64,000 nucleotides of DNA, taken from NCBI GenBank assembly GCA_903893855.1, contig CAITNV010000054.1:32562-96561 (forward strand), written 5' to 3'. Shown one piece after another: positions 55,712-64,000 of this stretch (positions within the stretch are counted from its first letter, which is position 1; every line of letters begins with the position of its first letter). The notes beneath the pieces are model-generated. The model was given only the letters and a program-made list of their open reading frames with translations, searched no databases and was not told the origin of the DNA. Origin of the DNA: Candidatus Tayloriibacteriota bacterium. Its GTDB lineage: Bacteria; Patescibacteriota; Minisyncoccia; Phycocordibacterales; PALSA-1337. Position numbers and translations under genes: made by a program.

Positions 55712-58585
55712 ATGGAAATTTTCTCACCGTCACAAGAGTCAAAAAATTTACAGACGCCTGAACAAGAATTGGCGTATCTACGTGAACGTCTTGCTGCAAA
55801 AGAAAAGGAGGTTGCGGCAATTCGCCAAGAAGGTGGTCCAGATAAGAGTCGCGATGCTCTAGTGCAAGAGACTCTTCATGAATACAAAAACACTCCGAAA
55901 GAACAACTTTTACATAAAGACTTTGCTCTTGCAAAAGAAAAGTCGGAAGCTATTGTCCTCGAACTTTCGCCTGAAGAACACGATGAGAAGATCGCCGAAC
56001 TTTTAGGAATTCTTCAGACTCATGGCGTACGAAATGCTCTTGATATCGTAGGTAAAATGAATAACCCTCATGTTGAGAGGGATTTTGAACGTTTCCTCGT
56101 GCAATACATCAAAGCAGGCTTCGAGCTACAAGGACTTCCGGAGAAGACTCCAGAGTTTAAAGCGCTACATATGACGCTCTATGAGATTACATTGCCCGAG
56201 AAGACCGATGAGGGTAAAGAGCGCGCTCTCAAAGAAGTGATTTCTTCAATGGAGCAGTTTTATGCTGGTATGATGTCGGTCGGTGGGGAAGCGACTGGCT
56301 CTGGAACGGGCTATTTTACTATAGAGCTTGCGGTGGCGAATCATAGTGATGAATTCGCTTTCCACGTTGCGGTGCACGATAGTAAGAAGAGCCTTTTTGA
56401 GAAGCAAATACTCGCGGTTTTCCATAATGCAAAGATCATCGAGAAGAAAGACGATTACAATATTTTTAATGAAGAAGGAGTGACTGTAGCTGCAAGTGCT
56501 CGCTATGCCAAGAATTCCGTTTGGCCACTTAAAACATATGATAAATTCGATCATGATCCGCTAAATATTCTTCTCAATAGCTTCTCAAAAATAAAGACGC
56601 ATGGAGAGGGTGCTGCGGTGCAGATCATAATTCGTCCTGCAGGACAAGGTCCAGCTAAAAAGTATCATAAGATTCTCGAAGAGATCATGAAGGGCGAGAA
56701 AGTAAGCGAAGCAATAGCTAATAGCGAGAGTGGGCTTATAAAGCATTTTGATGGCTTTATTAAAGGCGTTTCTGATTTTGTAATGCCTGCAACTAAAGAA
56801 GAGAAAGAAAAGGCAAAAGAAAAGAAGCGCGAAGCTGCACAGCGAGTCGACCAGACAGTAGTCGAAGCTATTAAAGAGAAATTAGCTTCTCCGATTATGG
56901 CTATAGACTTGAGGATTATAGCTTCTGGTGAGAATGAGACGACCGCGCAAGCTATCCTTGCGGACATAGAGTCTTCATTTAATCAATTCGAAAATACTTC
57001 GGGTAACCGTGTACAGTTCGATCATGCTAAAAAAGGTGCTTTACGGGACCTTCTACATGATTATACTTTTAGACTCTATGATGAAAAGAGCCAAATGTAC
57101 GCTTCTATAAAAGAGCTCACATCGATTATGCATTTCCCAGCTACGGTATTGAAATCATCTCCTCATCTTAAGGTTGCAAAGGCTGGTACTGCACCGGCAC
57201 CGCTTGATCTTCCTCGTCCTCCGGCATCGGCGGCTTCTTCTGCTGGTTCAAATGAACAAGCCAATACTCCTGCCCCCGGCTACGTCCTCCTTGGGGTTAA
57301 TCGAGATCGCAACACCGAGACTAAGGTCTTCATGACAGCAGAGGATAGACTCCGACACTTCTACGTTATCGGACAGACTGGTACTGGTAAGACCACGCTT
57401 TTGAAAAATATGCTTGCGCAAGACATTGCCGCAGGGGAGGGTGTCTGTATGATTGATCCACACGGTTCTGATATTCAGGATATTCTTTCTCTTATTCCCA
57501 AGTCTCGTTACGAAGATGTAATTTATTTTGATCCATCGCATACCGCGCGTCCTATGGCGCTTAACATGCTCGAATATGATCGCCGTTTCCCTGAGCAGAA
57601 GACTTTCGTCGTTAACGAAATGCTCTCTATCTTCAATAAACTTTTTGATATGAAGACAGCGGGAGGACCGATGTTCGAACAATACTTTAGAAATGCCGTG
57701 CTTCTTGTTATGGAGGATCCGGAGTCGGGTAATACCCTGCTTGATGTATCGCGAGTTCTGTCTAATAAAGTGTATCGTGAGATGAAGATTTCTCATTGTA
57801 AGAACCCTATCGTCGTGCAGTTCTGGAAAGAAGTCGCAGATAAAGCGGGAGGTGAAGCATCGCTTGCTAACGTCGTGCCATACATCACAAGTAAGTTCGA
57901 CGTGTTCTTGTCGAACGATATTATGCGACCGATTATTGCGCAGGAGAATTCAAGTATTAATTTCCGTGAGATTATGGATACTAAAAAGATTCTGCTGGTC
58001 AATCTTTCAAAGGGTCGCCTCGGTGACATTAATGCCAACCTTATCGGTCTTATTATCGTAGGTAAAATACTGATGGCTGCACTTTCTCGTGTGGATGTTG
58101 TAGGTAAAATGGGTCCGGACGGTAAGCCACTTGCTCTCGCACCATTTTATCTCTATATCGACGAGTTCCAGAACGTTACGACTGATTCTATTTCAACTAT
58201 TCTTTCTGAAGCTCGTAAGTACAAGCTCTCGCTCTCTGTCGCACACCAGTTCATCGCACAGCTTGAAGAGGGGATACGTGACTCAGTCTTCGGTAACGTT
58301 GGTTCTATAGCTGCATTTCGTGTGGGTGCTGAGGACGCCGAATATCTCGAGAAACAGTTCTCGCCGGTCTTCAATGCAAAGGACATTATGTCAGTCGACA
58401 ATCGTAATGCTTACATTAAAATGCTCGCAAATGGTCGCCCAGTTAAGCCGTTTAATATCGAGACCTTGCCTCCTCCGAAGGGTGACGTATCAGTAGTTGA
58501 AAGCATTAAAGAGCTCTCATATCTAAAGTACGGCAAAGATCGCGCCACTGTTGAAGACGCCATCATGTTGAAATACAAAAAATAA
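55712..58585 (+). CDS. VirD4/TraG-like type IV coupling-protein family ATPase with long N-terminal region
   Basis: DRLRHFYVIGQTGTGKT, IDPHG, LYIDEFQN, SEARKY...AHQ, FGNVG...FRVG. Confidence 0.85.
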   Translation: MEIFSPSQESKNLQTPEQELAYLRERLAAKEKEVAAIRQEGGPDKSRDALVQETLHEYKNTPKEQLLHKDFALAKEKSEAIVLELSPEEHDEKIAELLGILQTHGVRNALDIVGKMNNPHVERDFERFLVQYIKAGFELQGLPEKTPEFKALHMTLYEITLPEKTDEGKERALKEVISSMEQFYAGMMSVGGEATGSGTGYFTIELAVANHSDEFAFHVAVHDSKKSLFEKQILAVFHNAKIIEKKDDYNIFNEEGVTVAASARYAKNSVWPLKTYDKFDHDPLNILLNSFSKIKTHGEGAAVQIIIRPAGQGPAKKYHKILEEIMKGEKVSEAIANSESGLIKHFDGFIKGVSDFVMPATKEEKEKAKEKKREAAQRVDQTVVEAIKEKLASPIMAIDLRIIASGENETTAQAILADIESSFNQFENTSGNRVQFDHAKKGALRDLLHDYTFRLYDEKSQMYASIKELTSIMHFPATVLKSSPHLKVAKAGTAPAPLDLPRPPASAASSAGSNEQANTPAPGYVLLGVNRDRNTETKVFMTAEDRLRHFYVIGQTGTGKTTLLKNMLAQDIAAGEGVCMIDPHGSDIQDILSLIPKSRYEDVIYFDPSHTARPMALNMLEYDRRFPEQKTFVVNEMLSIFNKLFDMKTAGGPMFEQYFRNAVLLVMEDPESGNTLLDVSRVLSNKVYREMKISHCKNPIVVQFWKEVADKAGGEASLANVVPYITSKFDVFLSNDIMRPIIAQENSSINFREIMDTKKILLVNLSKGRLGDINANLIGLIIVGKILMAALSRVDVVGKMGPDGKPLALAPFYLYIDEFQNVTTDSISTILSEARKYKLSLSVAHQFIAQLEEGIRDSVFGNVGSIAAFRVGAEDAEYLEKQFSPVFNAKDIMSVDNRNAYIKMLANGRPVKPFNIETLPPPKGDVSVVESIKELSYLKYGKDRATVEDAIMLKYKK

Positions 58586-58622
58586 ATAATGTTGTATACT
58601 ATATCCATAATATAATAATTTT

Positions 58623-59855
58623 ATGGCCACACTAAATCCAACATCACCAGAAGCAGAAGCAGAGCTTACTGAAGGTTTCAATGTAGAGAAAGCGTTGAAT
58701 ACCAAAGGTTTCGCTGAATTTCTTGCGAAATTTTCAGATGCAAAAGAGGGTGATATCTCGCCTGAGGATATGCAGGAGAGGTTTGAAGTTTACGAAGCTG
58801 TTGAAGGTGTAAGTAAAGCAGTTAAAGAAATATATTCTAAAGAAATTAGTGCAGAGCTCGGTATTGCACTTAGCGAAAAAGACATATCTTGCGTAGATGA
58901 ATATCTGAATAATTTAGCGGTAGAGAGTCCGAAGGAAGTTATGGATATGCAGGAGCGTATCGATACATACAATCGATTGCCTGAAGAAATCGCACAGGCA
59001 CAATCAGACATCGACAATCTTGCGATTAACGGAGGCTTTGAGGCTCGAGCAAAAGAGATGCATGATATGGATCAAATCCTTCAGACAGCAGATAAAGCTT
59101 CTAATACATGGGGTAAGGTTAAAATGAATGCCGGTTTACTTTGGGGTGCGTTTACGGGGAATTATGGAGAAAGTCAGGATATATCAAATGCACGTAAGAT
59201 TGCGGGTTTATATGGAGGTCCGTTGACAACAGAGGGCATTGCAAAGCGTCGTGCACAAATATCAACAGAAGCTGCAGCCCAACAACAGAAATATCAAGAG
59301 TTAAAGAGTGAAAAAGAGGCTGATTTAGGAAAGTTGAAAGGTTCGCTAGCCAATACACGCAATGCTCTTTTTGCACATGAAGAAATGACTAAGAAAGTTG
59401 TAAAGATTGCAACACTTAAGCTCGGGAACACGGTCAATAAGATTGCAGAACAGAAAGGTCTTGATAGTTTTGCAAAAGCATACGATAAGCTTGTTGAATC
59501 AAAGGTTGGTAATGAGACTGGAATTGAATATATTGCAGAGGGTGAAGAAGAAAGAATTGTTAATTCGCTTAATAAAGCGGCTGAACAGAAGGTTACCGAT
59601 GCAGTCATGGCTGCGTTTAATCAGGTGCAACTAAATAAAGCAGATCAGTTTTCAGGTCTCCAAAAATCACTTTCTGAAGTACTATCAGTTAAGAAGTTGG
59701 GAACTAAGAGTGAGCAAGAGACAAGGGATTCTATCGTAACAATCCTTACAGAAATTCTTGTGGTTCTCGATCCATCTGAACCAGCAACTGTTTTGAAAAA
59801 GATCCTTATGAAACAGCTTATTAAAAAGTTCCAAGCTAGCCCAATAACAGCATAA
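58623..59855 (+). CDS. Helical/coiled-coil hypothetical protein
   Basis: 410-aa Glu/Lys/Ala-rich ORF; no recognisable motif. Confidence 0.75.
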   Translation: MATLNPTSPEAEAELTEGFNVEKALNTKGFAEFLAKFSDAKEGDISPEDMQERFEVYEAVEGVSKAVKEIYSKEISAELGIALSEKDISCVDEYLNNLAVESPKEVMDMQERIDTYNRLPEEIAQAQSDIDNLAINGGFEARAKEMHDMDQILQTADKASNTWGKVKMNAGLLWGAFTGNYGESQDISNARKIAGLYGGPLTTEGIAKRRAQISTEAAAQQQKYQELKSEKEADLGKLKGSLANTRNALFAHEEMTKKVVKIATLKLGNTVNKIAEQKGLDSFAKAYDKLVESKVGNETGIEYIAEGEEERIVNSLNKAAEQKVTDAVMAAFNQVQLNKADQFSGLQKSLSEVLSVKKLGTKSEQETRDSIVTILTEILVVLDPSEPATVLKKILMKQLIKKFQASPITA

Positions 59856-59859
59856 AGCC

Positions 59860-60141
59860 ATGAATAATATCTCATCTTTAGGTAGTTTAATTCAACAAGG
59901 TAAGCTCGAAGAAGCGAAGGCAGTACTCGCGAGTGTTGTTAATGCTCCACTCTCTGATGCTGATCGGGGACAAGCACTCGTAACACTTGCTATGGTCTAT
60001 ATGGAGGCTAAAAATAAGATTAATCAGGAATTCTTAGATGAAATTAAAAAGACGATTCAGGAGATTAAATCTCTCAATAAAGTAGAGTCAGGGATCAATG
60101 ATCAGGTAGATTTAGCAAAGGTTCGAGCTAAGCTTCAATAA
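59860..60141 (+). CDS. Small helical hypothetical protein
   Basis: 93 aa, starts 4 nt after the previous stop. Confidence 0.7.
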   Translation: MNNISSLGSLIQQGKLEEAKAVLASVVNAPLSDADRGQALVTLAMVYMEAKNKINQEFLDEIKKTIQEIKSLNKVESGINDQVDLAKVRAKLQ

Positions 60142-60153
60142 TTAATTTTACAT

Positions 60154-60762
60154 ATGAATACACATTTTAAACACGAACAAACACTCGTTGTTATTAAGCC
60201 TGATGGAATACAGAGGAGCCTTATTGGGGAAGTGATACAGCGCTATGAGCGAGTAGGTCTTAAGCTTGTTGCGATTAAAATGGTAGTTCCGACTGAAGAA
60301 TTTATAGAGAAGCACTATACGCTCGATCCAGAATGGAGAAGAATTACGGGTGAGAAGTCTATTAAAGGTTTTAAGGATAAAGGGCTTACGCCACCAACCG
60401 AAGATCCACTTGAATTAACTGGTTTGCTTCTTGGTAAACTTAAAAAATATATGACCAGCGGTCCTGTTATCGCTATGGTCTGGCAAGGTGCACATTCAGT
60501 CGCTATCGTGCGTAAGATTACTGGTGGAACTGAACCACTTACATCTCCTGTGGGCACGATACGAGGCGATTATGTACTCGATTCATATCAAATGTCTGAG
60601 TCTGATATTCGTTCAGTGCGCAATATTATTCATGCTTCCGGTTCAGTAGCTGAAGCAAAGAATGAGATCGTTCACTGGTTCACAAAAGATGAAATTATTG
60701 ACTATAAGATTGTGCAAGAACAGATTATGTACGATGTCAATCTCGACGGTATATTTGGCTAG
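60154..60762 (+). CDS. ndk: Nucleoside diphosphate kinase (long form)
   Basis: IKPDG.QR.L.GE, SGPV, GTIRGD, NIIHAS. Confidence 0.95.
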   Translation: MNTHFKHEQTLVVIKPDGIQRSLIGEVIQRYERVGLKLVAIKMVVPTEEFIEKHYTLDPEWRRITGEKSIKGFKDKGLTPPTEDPLELTGLLLGKLKKYMTSGPVIAMVWQGAHSVAIVRKITGGTEPLTSPVGTIRGDYVLDSYQMSESDIRSVRNIIHASGSVAEAKNEIVHWFTKDEIIDYKIVQEQIMYDVNLDGIFG

Positions 60763-60773
60763 AGTATAATTGA

Positions 60774-60912
60774 GTGGGTTATCGGAGTATTAACCCTATA
60801 AATTATATTTTGGGACTTCGAGAGCTACGGCTCAACTTGTGTCGCACCTTGGTGTTGACCATAGAAGACCCACCTGGATTAAAATCTAGGTTGCAATACT
60901 CAGATAACCCAC
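60774..60912 (+). ncRNA. ssrS: 6S RNA (SsrS)
   Basis: TATAAT at 60765; closing stem GTGGGTTATC.GAGTATT / AATACTC.GATAACCCAC; AACC/GGTT; central AT-rich bubble; TGGG/CCCA and the CCCACCTG motif. Confidence 0.8.
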
Positions 60913-60916
60913 CAAG

Positions 60917-60950
60917 AAAGTCTGCAGCTCTTAGAGTTTGCGGCTTTTTT
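60917..60950 (+). terminator. Intrinsic terminator after 6S RNA
   Basis: AAGTCTGCAGCTC-TTA-GAGTTTGCGGCTT followed by a T-run. Confidence 0.7.
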
Positions 60951-61011
60951 GTTTATCGGGATTTTATTTAATCTTTATCTTTTCATTATTTCGGTGTGCT
61001 ACAATAGCAGT

Positions 61012-62397
61012 ATGAATGATATTTTTAATGTAACCTTTTATTCAGGAATCGGCTCTGTAACAGGTGCGAATTTCCTTTTGGAAGTTGGGGGAGTTATGCC
61101 ATTGCGAATACTTGTTGATTGCGGTCTGACGCAAGGGGAGAAGACTGCTGAGGATGTGAATAGGGAACCATTTGGATACGATGTATCGAGTATCGACTAT
61201 CTTTTTATTACTCACGCTCACCTTGACCATGTCGGCCGAATTCCAAAGCTCGTTAAAGAAGGCTTTAAGGGTATTATTTACTCAACTGAACAGACCAAGG
61301 ACCTCGCACGCCTCATTCTCGAGGATGCAGTTGGTATTCTTGCTAAAGAAGCTCATCGAGACAATGTCACTCCACTCTATGATCTCGATGACGTGACTAA
61401 GAGCTTCCCGTTGTGGCAGACGATTCCATATCATGAGAAGAAGACGATTTCTCCTAATCTTTCGGTATTCCTAAAAGACGCAGGGCATATACTCGGTTCT
61501 TCAATGTTTGAATTTACTCATACTGATAGTAAGGGGGCTTCGAAGAAGATCGTATTTACTGGTGATCTTGGTAATACCCCGACACCGCTTCTTCGCGATA
61601 CTGAGCCGGTTACTGGGGCGGATTATCTCGTTATGGAAAGTGTATATGGAGACAGGAATCATGAGCCTAAGGATGAAAGAAGGAAGAAGTTGCAGGATAT
61701 TATCCTCGATACCATTAAGCGTAATGGCACCGTACTTATTCCTGCTTTCTCTCTCGAACGAACACAGGTACTACTCTATGAGCTTAATCGTATGATAGAG
61801 GGAGGGGAAATACCTTCAATACCGGTCTTCGTGGATTCACCGCTCGCTATCAAAGTGACCGATGTATACGAGAAGAGTACCGAACTTTTTAATGAAAAGG
61901 CTCAGCAAGAGATTAAGACAACAGGGGATATATTTAATTTCCCAAAACTTGAGTTCACCATCACTGCAGATGCATCAAAGGATATCGATCACGCTCGAGC
62001 ACCAAAGATTATCCTCGCAGGTTCAGGAATGTCTACTGGTGGACGAATGCTTCATCATGAAGTGATGTATTTAAGTGATCCTAAGAATACGATTATCTTC
62101 GTAGGCTATCAGGGTGTAGGGACTCTCGGACGAACCATTGCTGATGGGGCGAAGCATCTTACTATTGCCGGCGTACCTGTTGATATAAAAGCTAGTATCG
62201 AAGAGATCCTCGGATATTCTTCACATAAGGATTCAGATCATCTTGTAGAGTTTGTTGCGACGGCGCACGATACCCTTAAGAAGGTCTTCGTTGTTATGGG
62301 TGAGCCTAAAGCTTCGCTCTATTTAGCACAAAGACTCCGCGATGAGGTCGGAGTCAATGGTTTTTATCCCGAAAGAGGGAGGAAGTATGATCTCTAG
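61012..62397 (+). CDS. MBL-fold beta-CASP ribonuclease
   Basis: DCGL.QG, THAHLDHVGR, AGHILGS, FTGDLG, MESVYG, GSGM..GGR, SSHKD. Confidence 0.92.
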   Translation: MNDIFNVTFYSGIGSVTGANFLLEVGGVMPLRILVDCGLTQGEKTAEDVNREPFGYDVSSIDYLFITHAHLDHVGRIPKLVKEGFKGIIYSTEQTKDLARLILEDAVGILAKEAHRDNVTPLYDLDDVTKSFPLWQTIPYHEKKTISPNLSVFLKDAGHILGSSMFEFTHTDSKGASKKIVFTGDLGNTPTPLLRDTEPVTGADYLVMESVYGDRNHEPKDERRKKLQDIILDTIKRNGTVLIPAFSLERTQVLLYELNRMIEGGEIPSIPVFVDSPLAIKVTDVYEKSTELFNEKAQQEIKTTGDIFNFPKLEFTITADASKDIDHARAPKIILAGSGMSTGGRMLHHEVMYLSDPKNTIIFVGYQGVGTLGRTIADGAKHLTIAGVPVDIKASIEEILGYSSHKDSDHLVEFVATAHDTLKKVFVVMGEPKASLYLAQRLRDEVGVNGFYPERGRKYDL

Positions 62398-62413
62398 TAG
62401 ATGAAGAGTCTAA

Positions 62414-62764
62414 CTAAGCAGCCTTCTTAACGACAGCGGCAAAAGTCTTTGAATGATGTTCTGCAAGATGAGCAAGAGCCTTTCGGTCAAGAGAGATATT
62501 GGCCTTTTTTAGGCTACCAATAAACTTGCTGTATGAATGCTCAGGATTAATAGCTCGGAGAGCGGCATTGATCTTAACATTCCAAAGTCGTCGAAAATCA
62601 CCTTTTTTGTCTCGTCGGTGTGCGAAAGCATAAGCTCCAGCGTGTGAAATAGCATCATAAGCAGCTCGCTCAGTCTTTGAACGGCGGAAACGATATCCTT
62701 TAACCTGCTTAAGGACATTTCGTCGGGTCTTCAGGGCGTGTACTCCTTTTTTTACTCGTGTCAT
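62414..62764 (-). CDS. rplT: 50S ribosomal protein bL20
   Basis: MTRVKKG, RR.KK.DFRRLW, LDRKALA. Confidence 0.97.
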   Translation of the reverse strand: MTRVKKGVHALKTRRNVLKQVKGYRFRRSKTERAAYDAISHAGAYAFAHRRDKKGDFRRLWNVKINAALRAINPEHSYSKFIGSLKKANISLDRKALAHLAEHHSKTFAAVVKKAA

Positions 62765-62781
62765 ATTAGTTTATTTAAATA

Positions 62782-62967
62782 TTATAAATTGATGAGAAAG
62801 CGGCTCTTCTCCTTATTGCTCATAGGGAAGTTCTGCATTCGGGCTTTACGAAGCTGAGAACGACCTGACTCCTTTGAATTGAAGTGGTTTTGACCAGTTG
62901 CACGCGCAAGAATCTTACCGTTTTTGGTAACTTTAAGGCGCTTTAGATATGATTTGTTTGTTTTCAT
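62782..62967 (-). CDS. rpmI: 50S ribosomal protein bL35
   Basis: MKTNKS..KR.KVT.NGK, H; between infC and rplT. Confidence 0.93.
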   Translation of the reverse strand: MKTNKSYLKRLKVTKNGKILARATGQNHFNSKESGRSQLRKARMQNFPMSNKEKSRFLINL

Positions 62968-62980
62968 GTTGTTGGTTTTA

Positions 62981-63493
62981 CTACTTCTTTTCAATAATGG
63001 TTGTCAGTCCCTTCGGGCCCTTCTTTGGCTCTTCTGCTACACGGTATTCTACCGTAATAAGCTTGAATATTCGGTCGAGTCTCTCTTTGAGAAACTTGAA
63101 ATCCATATATTTTGAGCGGCCAATGAGGAAGAGGTCAATTCGGACGCGATGGCCTTCTTTGAGCCATTCTGAGGCTTTTTTGGCCTTTAGTTCGAGATCG
63201 TGGTCTCCGGTGCCTATTTTAACCTGAATGTTCTTGAGATCGGAAGTCTGGGCCCGTGATTTAGCCACTTTTACCTTCTTTTTCTCTGTGTACTGAAATT
63301 TACCATAATCCATGATTTTTGCAACCGGTGGGACTGCGGTAGGGGATATTTCGATAAGATCGAGGCCTCGAGCCTGTGCTTCGGTCAAAGCCTGTTGAAG
63401 AGTAATAACGCCTAAATTACCTCCGTCTTCTGTGATAACACGTAGTTCAGGTGACTTTATGAAATGATTGATTCGAACTCGGTAAGTGCTCAA
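62981..63493 (-). CDS. infC: Translation initiation factor IF-3 (TTG start)
   Basis: IN..I, GLDLIEI.P, PPV.KIMDYGKF.Y; an in-frame stop just upstream leaves only a non-ATG start. Confidence 0.96.
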   Translation of the reverse strand: MSTYRVRINHFIKSPELRVITEDGGNLGVITLQQALTEAQARGLDLIEISPTAVPPVAKIMDYGKFQYTEKKKVKVAKSRAQTSDLKNIQVKIGTGDHDLELKAKKASEWLKEGHRVRIDLFLIGRSKYMDFKFLKERLDRIFKLITVEYRVAEEPKKGPKGLTTIIEKK

Positions 63494-63550
63494 GGTGTTT
63501 AAAGAGTCTTATTTATAGCACGGCTTTGGGTATTTTGCAAATTTTTCGGT

Positions 63551-64000
63551 TTATAAGAACTTGCGAATTGGTTTAACGAGCATTTCGGGTATTTTCTGGA
63601 GGAAAATACGTCGTTTCCACGTTTTGGTGTCGATGAGCTCTGAATGTTCGATATCACTCCAAAAACTCTTCAGTATCTCACCGACGAAATGATGATTGGT
63701 AGATACAATATTTGCTTCAAAGTTATATAACAGACTAATCGTGTCCATATTGAGCGTTCCGATACTTGCCCAGTTTTCATCGATAATGAAGGTTTTGCTA
63801 TGTATCATTCTATTGCCGGTAGCAGTCGCTCCTTTGTAATAGTATATCTTCACCCCAGCATCAAACATCTTTTGAAAATATGAGCTAGCCGCAAGATCGA
63901 CAACAGGGTGATCTGATACTTTGGGTATAATAATACGCACATCCACACCTTGGTATGCAGCGAGTCGCAATATACGTGAGAGTCTGACTGTCGGCACGAA
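63551..64000 (-). CDS. Phospholipase D / cardiolipin synthase C-terminal part (truncated by window edge)
   Basis: HKD motif HSKTFIID, G..N.D..S..YNFE, GVDVRII.P. Confidence 0.85.
   Translation of the reverse strand, partial: FVPTVRLSRILRLAAYQGVDVRIIIPKVSDHPVVDLAASSYFQKMFDAGVKIYYYKGATATGNRMIHSKTFIIDENWASIGTLNMDTISLLYNFEANIVSTNHHFVGEILKSFWSDIEHSELIDTKTWKRRIFLQKIPEMLVKPIRKFL

Noticed and set aside
60774-60971. 65-aa ORF
   Set aside because: It coincides with the 6S RNA and its terminator, has a GTG start and shows no protein features.
63491-63493. Non-ATG start of infC as a novelty
   Set aside because: Non-AUG initiation of infC is a known autoregulatory feature.
1-64000. CRISPR array, rRNA, prophage or IS transposase
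   Set aside because: No regularly spaced repeats, rRNA-like stretches, phage structural genes or transposase motifs were seen.
1-64000. Alternative genetic code 25 (TGA = Gly)
   Set aside because: dnaA ends at TGA at the expected length, and conserved genes translate full length under code 11.

Overview
Origin-proximal core chromosome of a Patescibacteria (CPR) bacterium, probably Parcubacteria/Paceibacteria. This is inferred from gene content, the missing uL30 and CPR-type hypothetical proteins. TGA ends dnaA, so the code is standard 11. From left to right the window holds: ruvB-yebC-ruvC; an unannotated 57-aa acidic ORF; PBP1A; dciA-dnaN-oriC-dnaA; rpmH-rnpA-yidC; an 11-gene minus-strand type IV secretion-like cluster (VirB4, PrgI, VirB6-like, extended T4SS pilin); rsmA, pcrA, a LysM-M23 peptidase, comM, dksA-like, NYN, rpsO, xer and xth; a promoter-bounded structured ~290-nt RNA candidate; five parS-like sites (three inside the cca coding sequence); an HTH/LAGLIDADG-like gene that runs into a tRNA; four tRNAs; yraN; a kinase with an in-frame stop; hup, rny, clpP, rsmE, fusA, tuf; the S10-spc block; a VirD4-like ATPase; ndk; a 6S RNA; a beta-CASP nuclease; rplT-rpmI-infC; and a partial cls. 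The most notable observations are the structured RNA next to the parS cluster, the chromosome-resident T4SS-like system with a distant coupling ATPase, DnaA boxes in front of several promoters, pervasive leaderless promoters, an EF-Tu with a non-canonical switch I, a 119-nt branched palindrome between fusA and tuf, and A73 in both tRNA-Gly. All calls are by eye; no database searches or folding programs were run.
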